From: Nocardioidaceae bacterium
GTDB taxonomy: Bacteria; Actinomycetota; Actinomycetes; Propionibacteriales; Nocardioidaceae
Direction of reading: 5' to 3'
DNA length: 36,157 nt
NCBI GenBank assembly: GCA_035262905.1
Contig: DATFRX010000404.1
Location: forward strand, 1 to 36,157
A program made the translations under genes and the position numbers. Positions 1 through 7,651 of this stretch are shown here, in pieces. The notes under the pieces are model-generated. The model had not been told where the DNA came from. It made no database searches and saw only the letters and a program-made list of their open reading frames with translations. The number at the start of each line of letters is the position of its first letter. Position 1 is the stretch's first letter.

Positions 1-1
1 C

Positions 2-1963
2 CTGCCCGACGGGCGGGTGCTGAGCACGACCCGACAGGGCGTCGTATGGATGCACGACCCTGACTCCGGCCTCAACACCAAGGCCGCCACGATCCCCGTC
101 TACCAGCACGACGAGGAGGGTCTGCAGACCATCGCATTGGACCCGAACTTCGAACAGAACCACTGGGTCTACATGTACTACTCGCCGCAGCTGGACACGC
201 CCATCGACAACCCGGCGACTCCCGGGTTCAACGAGGGCGACGCCCCGTTCTACGGCACACCGGCCGATTTTGCCCCGTTCAAGGGCCTCATCCGGCTGTC
301 GAGATTCAAGTTCGCCGGCGACCGGATCAGGTTGAACAGCGAGCAGCAGATCATCGACGTACCGGTTGACCGCGGCATCTGCTGCCACGTGGGCGGTGAC
401 GTCGTGTTCGACTCCGACGGCAACCTGTACATGTCGACCGGCGACGACACGAACCCCTTCGAGTCGCAGGGATACACCCCGATCGACGAGCAGGAGACCC
501 GCAACCCGGCGTTCGACGCGCAGCGCTCTGCCGCCAACACCAACGACCTGCGCGGCAAGGTCCTGCGGATCAATCCCGCCAAGGGCGGCGGCTACACCAT
601 CCCCGACGGAAACCTGTTCGAGCCAGGCACTCCGAAGACCCGGCCCGAGATCTACGCGATGGGGTTCCGCAACCCGTTCCGCATCGAGATCGACCCCGTG
701 ACTGACGACGTCTACGTGGCCGACTACTCGCCGGACGCCGGCGAAGCGAACCCCGACCGCGGGCCCGCGGGTCACGGCAAGTGGACGATCCTGCGGGAGC
801 CGGGATACTACGGCTGGCCGTACTGCGCGACAGCGGAGTTGCCGTACGTCGACGGGCAGTTCGTGGCGGACGGGCCCGACGAGGGTTCCGACCCCGACTT
901 CGTCTCGAACGGCCAAGAGTTCAACTGCGACAACCCGGTGAACGAGTCGCCGCACAACACCGGCATGACTCAGCTCCCATCGGTGAGCCAGCCGGACATG
1001 TGGTACTCGTACAGCCAGTCCGCGGAGTTCCCGGAGCTCGGCACCGGCGGCATCGGCCCGATGGGCGGTCCGGCGTACGACTTCGACGACCGTGCAACCC
1101 GTGGCCCGAACGCGGTGGCGTGGCCGGAGTACTACGACGGCGTGCCGATCTTCTACGAGTGGACCCGTGACTACGCCAAGGCGTTCCACCTCAACGACGG
1201 AGGCGATCTCGACCGGATCGAGCCGCTGCTGTCGTCGTTCCGCCTCGCACACCCGATGGACATGGAGTTCGGCCCGGACGGCGCGCTCTACGTCCTCGAG
1301 TACGGCGGCGGGTTCTTCGTGGAGAACCACCCGGAGGCGCAGCTCGCTCGCATCGACTACATCGGCCCGGGCGGCAACCACGCGCCGGAGCCGAAGGTGT
1401 CGTCGGACGTCACCGAGGGCGGCCTGCCGTTGACGGTGTCGTTCTCCAGCGCCGGCACGACCGACGCCGATGGCGACAACGTGCGCTACGCGTGGGACTT
1501 CGACGCCAACGGAACCGTCGACTCCAAGCAGGCGAACCCGACGTTCACTTACAAGAAGCCGGGCATCTTCCGGGCCACGCTGAAGGTGACCGACCAGAGC
1601 GGTAAGTCGGCCACGGCCGAGGTCCAGATCACCGCGAGCGACAACGACGAGCCGGTCGTTGAGTTCGTCACGCCGACCGAGGGTCAGCCGTTCCACTTCG
1701 GGGACGCCGTCCCGTTCGAGGTGAACGTCACCGACGACGAAGCCGTTGACTGTTCGCGCGTGCAGGTCGACTACATCCTGGGCCACGCCGGCCACGGGCA
1801 TCCGATCACGACGCAGTTCGGCTGCACCGGCACGATCCAGACGTCGGCGGCCGGGCACTCGGGTGCGGATGACCTGACCGGGATCTTCACCGCGCGGTAC
1901 ACCGACTCCGGTGTGCCCGAGCTGACCGGTTCCGACGTGGTCGTACTGGAGCCGACCGGCTGA
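2..1963 (+). CDS. Exported PQQ-dependent (sGDH/glucose-sorbosone dehydrogenase type) beta-propeller protein with PKD domain and C-terminal His-cluster module; 5-prime end cut by the window edge (paralog 1 of 3)
   Basis: The listed ORF 17..1963 stays open back to position 2. There, LPDGRV aligns with LPDGRVIQTDRRGG of the 19001 paralog. Propeller motifs: CCHVGGDVVFDSDGNLYMSTGDD, NDLRGKVLRI, PDGNLF, PEIYAMGFRNPFR, YGWPYC. PKD-like segment: YAWDFDANGTVDS...ATLKVTDQSG. Confidence 0.85.
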   Translation: MPDGRVLSTTRQGVVWMHDPDSGLNTKAATIPVYQHDEEGLQTIALDPNFEQNHWVYMYYSPQLDTPIDNPATPGFNEGDAPFYGTPADFAPFKGLIRLSRFKFAGDRIRLNSEQQIIDVPVDRGICCHVGGDVVFDSDGNLYMSTGDDTNPFESQGYTPIDEQETRNPAFDAQRSAANTNDLRGKVLRINPAKGGGYTIPDGNLFEPGTPKTRPEIYAMGFRNPFRIEIDPVTDDVYVADYSPDAGEANPDRGPAGHGKWTILREPGYYGWPYCATAELPYVDGQFVADGPDEGSDPDFVSNGQEFNCDNPVNESPHNTGMTQLPSVSQPDMWYSYSQSAEFPELGTGGIGPMGGPAYDFDDRATRGPNAVAWPEYYDGVPIFYEWTRDYAKAFHLNDGGDLDRIEPLLSSFRLAHPMDMEFGPDGALYVLEYGGGFFVENHPEAQLARIDYIGPGGNHAPEPKVSSDVTEGGLPLTVSFSSAGTTDADGDNVRYAWDFDANGTVDSKQANPTFTYKKPGIFRATLKVTDQSGKSATAEVQITASDNDEPVVEFVTPTEGQPFHFGDAVPFEVNVTDDEAVDCSRVQVDYILGHAGHGHPITTQFGCTGTIQTSAAGHSGADDLTGIFTARYTDSGVPELTGSDVVVLEPTG

Positions 1964-2098
1964 CAAAGACCGGGGACCCGGGTGTCGGTACCCGAGAGCC
2001 GGCATCCGGGTTCCCATCCAACCGCCTCACCCGCGCGCACCACCGCACGGCGCGCGACTCGCAGATCAGTCATCACGATTCGAAAGGACAACCCGAAC

Positions 2099-3043
2099 AT
2101 GTGTTACGGATACGACGGAAAAGCGGCGCTCAAGGAGTCGCTCGCCCGGCGGGGCGTCGACCGCCGCAAGTTCCTTCGCGGGTCGCTGGTCGGGCTCGCC
2201 GGCGCCGGTCTGGCCGCGGCTGGCGTGGCCGGGTCGCCGGCATCGGCGGCGGCCGGCATGCGTCGGGTGCCGCGCGGACAGATCAGCATTCAGCTCTGGA
2301 CCGTGCGCAACGACCTGTTCGTCGATTACGACGCGACGCTCCGCTACATCGCCGGCTTCGGCTACTCGAAGGTGGAGCAGGCGCTCGGCTACTTCGGGCG
2401 CACGGCGGCGCAGCTGCGTGAGTTCCACGACAGCATCGGTATCCGGACGATGTCGAGTCACGACGGCATCGCCGGCTCCCAGGCCGACCTCGACGCGAAG
2501 ATCGAGAACGCGCTCACCCTCGGCCAGGCGTCGATCGTGGTGCCGTTCCTCAGCTCTCCGAACGAGGACGACTGGAAGATGTGGGCCGAGCAGATGAACA
2601 ACGAGGCGGTGGCGGCGCGGGCCGCGGGCCTGAAGTACGGCTACCACAACCACGCCCACGAGTTCAGCACCGACTTCGGCAACGGCCGCCGGCCGTGGGA
2701 CGTCCTCACCGAGGACCTCGACCCGCAGAACGTCCACCTGGAGATCGACATCTACTGGATCGTGACCGGCGGGATCCAAAGCGGTGACGGTGTCGACGAC
2801 CCGGAGGGCTTCGCGATCGAGCACATGCGGGACGCGCCGCAGCGGGTGCGGCAGTTCCACGTCAAGGACCGCAACCCCGCCAACGGCGACTTCGCCGACC
2901 CCGGCACCGGCCACATCGACTTCCCCAGGGTCTTCGCGGCCAACCCGGTCCAGCAGTACATCGTCGAGAACGACGAGCCCGACGTGACGCCGCGCCAGAC
3001 CGCAGGGGTGGGCTACAGCTACCTCCGCAACGTGCGGTTCTGA
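2099..3043 (+). CDS. Tat-exported sugar phosphate isomerase/epimerase (xylose-isomerase-like TIM barrel)
   Basis: ATG at 2099 follows GAAAGGA. Twin-arginine signal: RRKFLRGSLVGLAGAGLAAAGVAGSPASAAA. TIM-barrel-like motifs: GYSKVE, YHNHAHEF, LEIDIYW, FHVKD. The listed ORF start at 1982 is rejected as a GC-driven extension. Confidence 0.8.
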   Translation: MCYGYDGKAALKESLARRGVDRRKFLRGSLVGLAGAGLAAAGVAGSPASAAAGMRRVPRGQISIQLWTVRNDLFVDYDATLRYIAGFGYSKVEQALGYFGRTAAQLREFHDSIGIRTMSSHDGIAGSQADLDAKIENALTLGQASIVVPFLSSPNEDDWKMWAEQMNNEAVAARAAGLKYGYHNHAHEFSTDFGNGRRPWDVLTEDLDPQNVHLEIDIYWIVTGGIQSGDGVDDPEGFAIEHMRDAPQRVRQFHVKDRNPANGDFADPGTGHIDFPRVFAANPVQQYIVENDEPDVTPRQTAGVGYSYLRNVRF

Positions 3044-3063
3044 CCGACAACCGACAACAACCG

Positions 3064-3093
3064 GGGCCGCCCCGTCCCCCGCCGGGGCGGCCC
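3064..3093 (+). terminator. GC-rich hairpin terminator after the 2099-3043 gene
   Basis: GGGCCGCCCCG (3064-3074) pairs perfectly with CGGGGCGGCCC (3083-3093) around an 8 nt loop, 21 nt after the stop codon. There is no U-tract, which is common in actinobacteria. Confidence 0.6.
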
Positions 3094-3167
3094 AACGGGG
3101 GAGACCCAAGGAGCATCGCCGAGATGTCCCACCGTCGACCGGTCGTCCTGTTCGGACGGAGGCCCTC

Positions 3168-4679
3168 ATGCATCTGAACAAGCGTGTGACTCTTGCGGTG
3201 TTGCTGCCGCTCGCACTGGCAGCGCCGACGGTCGCGGTCGCGGCGCCGACCGAATCGGCCCCGACGGCGACCGCGACCTCGAGCGGCTCCGATCGGCAGG
3301 CGACCCTGCTCCGGTACGCCGAGGACACCTGGGCCTCGTTCGAGGCCATGACCGACGACGACAGCGGGCTGCCGGCCGATCGGCTCCATCTCGACGGCAC
3401 CCGCAGCATCCAGACGTCGACCACCAACATCGGCTCGTACCTGTGGAGCGCGGTGGTCGCCGAGGAGCTCGGCATCATCGGCCACGACGAGCTCATCGAC
3501 CGGCTCTCCACCACGCTGAGCACGATCGAGCGGATGGACCGGCACGAGGCGAGTGGGCAGTTCTTCAACTGGTACGACTATCGCACCGGCGAGAAGCTCA
3601 CGGTCTGGCCGCCGTCCGGGGCCCCGCTCGAGCCACAGCTGTCCTCGGTCGACAACGCCTGGCTCGCCACCGGTCTGCAGGTCGTCCGCGGCGCGGTGCC
3701 GGAGCTGGCCGACCGGGCGGGCGCGCTGTACGACGGGATGGACTTCGGCTTCTACTACGTGCCGGAGCGCAACCTCATCATGCGCGCCTACATACCGAGT
3801 ACGGGCGCGACGCCGTGCTGTTACGACACGCTCGGCGAGGTGCGGATGGCGAGCTGGATCGGCATCGGCAAGGGCGAGATCCCGCGCCGGCACTACTTCG
3901 GCCCGTGGCGTACCTTCCCGCCCTCATGCGACTTCTCCTGGACGTTCACCAGGCCGGTCGGCGAGTGGCGCAAGTACCTGGGCGTCGACGTGTTCGAGGG
4001 CGCCTACACCTATCGCGGCATGAAGATCGTGCCCAACTGGGGCGGCAGCATGTTCGAGGCCCTGATGGTGCCGTTGTTCGTGCCCGAGGAGGAGTGGGGA
4101 CGGCGCAGCTGGCGGATCAATCACCCGCTGTACGTCAAAGCCCAGATCGAGCACGGTCTCAACGAGGCGCAGTACGGTTACTGGGGCTTCTCGCCGGCCG
4201 ACGTGCCCGAGGGCGGCTATCGCACGTACGGCGTCTCCTGGCTCGGCATGGACCCCGACGGCTACCCGTCCAACAACGACGGCGTCGTGCCGCGACCCGG
4301 ATACGAAGGCTGTCCGGGACGCGAGCCGCAGCCACTGCCGAAGCCGGAGGACTACACCAACGGCGTCGTGACGCCACACGCGTCGTTCCTCGCGCTGCAC
4401 TACGCACCGGACGCGGCGATGGAGAACCTGGCCAATCTCGAGAACGACTTCGACATCTACACCGACTGGGGATTCCGTGACTCGGTCAACGTCGACACCG
4501 GCGTCGTCGCCCAGTGGTACCTCGCCCTGGACCAGGGCATGATCATGGCCGCCATCGGCAACGAGCTCGCCGACGACATGCTTCGCAAGGCCTTCGTGAC
4601 GCCCCAGTTCCTCGGGCGGCTGCGGCCCCTGATGGCCATGGAGGAGTTCGCCAACTTCGAGCCGGGCCGACGGCCGTGA
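3168..4679 (+). CDS. Secreted glucoamylase-family / DUF3131-like (alpha/alpha)6-barrel glycoside-hydrolase-like protein
   Basis: GGAGG lies 6 nt upstream of the ATG. Sec-type signal: MHLNKRVTLAVLLPLALAAPTVAVAAP. Motifs TTNIGSYLWS, FFNWYDYRTGEKL, SVDNAWLA, NWGGSMFEALMVPLF and WGFRDS are recalled from putative glucoamylase / beta-1,2-glucan-active families. The stop overlaps the next start (GTGA). Confidence 0.6.
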   Translation: MHLNKRVTLAVLLPLALAAPTVAVAAPTESAPTATATSSGSDRQATLLRYAEDTWASFEAMTDDDSGLPADRLHLDGTRSIQTSTTNIGSYLWSAVVAEELGIIGHDELIDRLSTTLSTIERMDRHEASGQFFNWYDYRTGEKLTVWPPSGAPLEPQLSSVDNAWLATGLQVVRGAVPELADRAGALYDGMDFGFYYVPERNLIMRAYIPSTGATPCCYDTLGEVRMASWIGIGKGEIPRRHYFGPWRTFPPSCDFSWTFTRPVGEWRKYLGVDVFEGAYTYRGMKIVPNWGGSMFEALMVPLFVPEEEWGRRSWRINHPLYVKAQIEHGLNEAQYGYWGFSPADVPEGGYRTYGVSWLGMDPDGYPSNNDGVVPRPGYEGCPGREPQPLPKPEDYTNGVVTPHASFLALHYAPDAAMENLANLENDFDIYTDWGFRDSVNVDTGVVAQWYLALDQGMIMAAIGNELADDMLRKAFVTPQFLGRLRPLMAMEEFANFEPGRRP

Positions 4680-5872
4680 CCGGCGCCGACAAGCCCGTTG
4701 CGGGTTCGAGCGAGTCTCGAACCGGAGTCTGGTTCGTCGGCGCCCGCGGATCGGTCGCCGCCACCGCCATCGCCGGCGCGCTGGCCGTTCGGTCCCGGTT
4801 GGCCGGCCAGGTCGGGCTGGTCAGCGAGCTGGAGCCGCTGGCCGTCGCCCGGCTGCCGGAGCTCGGCAGCTTCGTGTTCGGCGGTCACGAGGTGGCCGAC
4901 CTGTCGTTGCCGAAACGGGTCGAGGAGCTGGTCGCGGCGAAGGTCGTGCCGCACGAGATCTCGGCCGCGCTGACCGCGGAGCTGGCGTCGGTGGACAACG
5001 CCATCCGGCCGGGCATCCGGCGGGACGCGCGGCCCCAGCGAGAGTCGGCGGCTGCCCTCGAAGCCGATCTGCGCGCGTTCCGCGAGGAGCACGGGCTGGA
5101 GCGGGTCGTGGTGGTCGACGTGTCGAGCACCGAGCCGCCTCCGGTCGAGGCGCCGGAGCTCGAGTCGTTGGCCGCACTCGAGCGAGCCCTGGACGCCGGG
5201 GAGTCGCCGCTGCCGCCGAGCTCGCTCTATGCGTACGCGGCGTTCCGGGCCGGCTGTCCGGTAGTCGCGTTCACGCCGAGTCCCGGGCCGCGGCTGCCCG
5301 CGCTGGAGGAGCTGGCCGCCTCGGCCGGACTGCCGTGGGCGGGTTCGGACGGCAAGACCGGCGAGACGCTGGTCAAGACGGTGCTGGCACCGATGTTCGC
5401 GATGCGCGCGTTGCGGGTCCGTTCGTGGTCGTCGTACAACCTGCTCGGCGGTGGCGACGGTCGTACGCTGGCCGACCCGGCGAACGCCGCGAGCAAGACG
5501 GTGACCAAGGGCCAGAGTCTGGAGGCGATCCTCGGCCACCCGGTGGACGGGCCGCTGCACATCGACTACGTGGCCGATCTGGGCGACTGGAAGACCGCGT
5601 GGGACATGATCTCGTTCGAGGGCTTCCTCGGCACCCAGATGTCGTTGCAGTTCACCTGGACTGGCTGCGACTCGGCGCTGGCCGCTCCACTCGTGCTGGA
5701 CCTGGTCCGGCTGGTGGCGCGGGCGCATCAGGTCGGCGAGACCGGCCCGCTCGGGCCGCTGGGGTTCTTCTTCAAGAACCCGGCCGGCAGCGAGGTGCAT
5801 GCCCTCAGTGAGCAGTGGGCTGCGCTGCTGGACTGGTGTCAGCGACTGGGCGAGGCGGGCGACCGGACATGA
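4676..5872 (+). CDS. myo-inositol-1-phosphate (inositol-3-phosphate) synthase family protein, cluster-specific copy
   Basis: GTG at 4676 overlaps the upstream TGA. Rossmann-like N-terminus: VWFVGARGSVAATAIAG. Family motifs: SDGKTGETLVKTVLAPMF, SYNLLGGGDG, CDSALAAPLVLDLVRL. The listed start at 4514 is rejected because it overlaps the upstream gene. Confidence 0.8.
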   Translation: MTGADKPVAGSSESRTGVWFVGARGSVAATAIAGALAVRSRLAGQVGLVSELEPLAVARLPELGSFVFGGHEVADLSLPKRVEELVAAKVVPHEISAALTAELASVDNAIRPGIRRDARPQRESAAALEADLRAFREEHGLERVVVVDVSSTEPPPVEAPELESLAALERALDAGESPLPPSSLYAYAAFRAGCPVVAFTPSPGPRLPALEELAASAGLPWAGSDGKTGETLVKTVLAPMFAMRALRVRSWSSYNLLGGGDGRTLADPANAASKTVTKGQSLEAILGHPVDGPLHIDYVADLGDWKTAWDMISFEGFLGTQMSLQFTWTGCDSALAAPLVLDLVRLVARAHQVGETGPLGPLGFFFKNPAGSEVHALSEQWAALLDWCQRLGEAGDRT

Positions 5873-6753
5873 AGACCCGGGACCTGGTCGAGCTGGTCCG
5901 CCTGCCGGCGGCCTTGACCGTGCCCGGGGACTCACTGGCCGGTGCCGCTGCGGCGGGCTGGCCGTACGGGCGGCGCAGCTGGGCGCTGCCGGTGGCCTCT
6001 GCCTGCCTGTACTGGGCCGGGATGGCGCTCAACGACTACGCCGACCGGGACCTGGACCGTGTCGAGCGGCCGGAGCGGCCCATCCCGTCCGGCCGGGTCA
6101 GTCCGACCGAGGCGCTGGGAGTGGCCGCCGGGCTGACCGCGGCGGGCCTGCTGGTCGCCGGTCTCGTCGGCGGTCGACGAGGCCTGGGCGGCGCCGTCCG
6201 CGTGGCGGGAACGGCCTGGGCCTACGACCTGCTGGCCAAGCCCACCCCGGCCGGACCGGCGTGCATGGCGGCCGCCCGCGGTCTCGACGTACTGCTCGGC
6301 GCCGGAAGCCGTTGGCGCGAAGCCGCGCCCACCAGCGCCGCCGTCGCCGCCCACACGCTCGGAGTGACCGTGCTGAGCCGGGGCGAGGTGAACGGTGCGC
6401 GGCCGTCCGATGCCTACGCCGCGCTGATCGCGACGGCGACGGCAGCCTCGGCTGCTGCGCTCCCTGCTCGGCGACCGGACCGGCCGGCCCCGTCCTGGGG
6501 CGGCCGGGTAGCTCGATGGTCCGGCGCCGGCCTGGCTGCGGTGTACGCGACGGCGGTGGGCCGCAGTCAGCTGCGTGCGGCCGAGAAGCTGGACGCGGGC
6601 ACGGTGCGCAGCGCGACCGGGTCCGGGATCCGGGGCGTCATCCTGCTGCAGTCGGCGCTGGCCGCCCGATCCGGCTCGCCGGGTGTGGCCGGCGGTCTGC
6701 TGCTCGCCGGACCGGCGGCGCGGCTGGCATCCAAGGTGGTGTCGCCGACATGA
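5869..6753 (+). CDS. eboC: UbiA-family integral-membrane prenyltransferase (EboC-like / SCO3242-type)
   Basis: ATGA overlap with the upstream stop. First UbiA motif: ALNDYADRDLDRVERPERPIPSGRVS. The sequence is hydrophobic, Ala/Gly/Leu-rich and multi-span. It sits inside the ebo-type gene set. Confidence 0.75.
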   Translation: MKTRDLVELVRLPAALTVPGDSLAGAAAAGWPYGRRSWALPVASACLYWAGMALNDYADRDLDRVERPERPIPSGRVSPTEALGVAAGLTAAGLLVAGLVGGRRGLGGAVRVAGTAWAYDLLAKPTPAGPACMAAARGLDVLLGAGSRWREAAPTSAAVAAHTLGVTVLSRGEVNGARPSDAYAALIATATAASAAALPARRPDRPAPSWGGRVARWSGAGLAAVYATAVGRSQLRAAEKLDAGTVRSATGSGIRGVILLQSALAARSGSPGVAGGLLLAGPAARLASKVVSPT

Positions 6754-7616
6754 GCCTGCGCTTCGGCTACGGGACGAACGGCTTCGGCAGCCACCGCCTG
6801 GACGACGCCCTGGAGGTGATCGCCGGGCTCGGCTACGACGGCGTCGCGCTGACCGTCGATCAGCCGCACCTCGACCCGTTCGCGCCCGATCTGGCGGCCC
6901 GAACCGCCGCGGTCAGTCAGCGACTCGATCGGCTCGGTCTGGCCGTCGTGGTGGAGACCGGAGCGCGCTACGTCATGGACCCGTGGCACAAGCACGAGCC
7001 GACGCTGGTGTCGACCGACGGTTGGGAGCGGCGAGTGGACCTGCTGTGCCGAGCGGTACGCATCGCCTCCGATCTGGGGGCGGAGGCGGTGTCGTTCTGG
7101 TCCGGGATCCTGGACGAGGGCATCGGCGCCGACGACGGCTGGCAACGGCTGCTCGCCGGGGTGGAGACGGTGCTCGGCGAGGCGGAGCGGCACGACGTGG
7201 TGTGCGCGTTCGAACCCGAGCCGGGCATGTTCGTCGACACTGTCGCCGGGGTGCTGGAGCTGCGCCGTCGGCTCGGCTCGCCGGAGCGGCTGCGGGTGAC
7301 CCTGGACATCGGTCATTGCGTCTGCAACGAGCCGGGCACGGTCGCCGACTGCGTCCACCAGGCCGGTGCCCTGCTCGCCAACGTGCAGCTCGACGACATG
7401 GTCCCCGGCGTACACGAGCATCTCGAGTTCGGCGCCGGCGAAGTCGACCTGCCGAACGCGCTGGGTGCGCTGCTCGACGTCGGCTACTCGGGTCTGGCGG
7501 CCGTCGAGCTGCCACGACACGGACATGCCGCGCCAGTCGTCGCCGCCCGGTCTCTGGACACGCTGCGTACGGCACTCGCCCGGGCCCGGGGCGAGCGGGA
7601 AGCCGTCCGTACCTGA
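6750..7616 (+). CDS. Sugar phosphate isomerase/epimerase (xylose-isomerase-like TIM barrel), cytoplasmic
   Basis: ATGA overlap at 6750. Motifs: MSLRFGYGTNGF, GYDGVAL, FEPEPGMF, LDIGHC, HEHLEFGAGEVD. No signal peptide. Confidence 0.75.
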   Translation: MSLRFGYGTNGFGSHRLDDALEVIAGLGYDGVALTVDQPHLDPFAPDLAARTAAVSQRLDRLGLAVVVETGARYVMDPWHKHEPTLVSTDGWERRVDLLCRAVRIASDLGAEAVSFWSGILDEGIGADDGWQRLLAGVETVLGEAERHDVVCAFEPEPGMFVDTVAGVLELRRRLGSPERLRVTLDIGHCVCNEPGTVADCVHQAGALLANVQLDDMVPGVHEHLEFGAGEVDLPNALGALLDVGYSGLAAVELPRHGHAAPVVAARSLDTLRTALARARGEREAVRT

Positions 7617-7651
7617 GGACATCGATCGCCAGCCGAGGAGGCGCAGCGGAC

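Noticed and set aside
1964-2098. Possible third copy of the duplicated AT-rich promoter/leader module upstream of the 2099 Tat-TIM-barrel gene.
   Set aside because: There is no AT-rich island, and none of the shared blocks (CGAAAGTTC, CCGTAACTT, ACCACCGGA) occur. Only weak GC hairpins are present. This barrel gene is probably co-transcribed with paralog 1 or uses a different promoter.
3136-3145. Perfect 10 bp palindrome CGACCGGTCG just upstream of the 3168 start, considered as an operator for the ebo-type operon.
   Set aside because: Short GC-only palindromes are expected by chance at this GC content. There is no second copy, no accompanying promoter-like hexamers and no AT-rich context.
4514-4675. 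Upstream extensions suggested by the ORF track for the MIPS homolog (4514), UbiA (5815), TIM barrel (5799), EboA (6575), TatD (8128), polyprenyl synthase (11204), TIM barrel (30063) and others.
   Set aside because: Each extension overlaps the preceding well-supported gene and translates to Arg/Gly/Pro-rich filler. Start codons that overlap the upstream stop (ATGA/GTGA/TGATG) or follow an SD give proteins of family-typical length.
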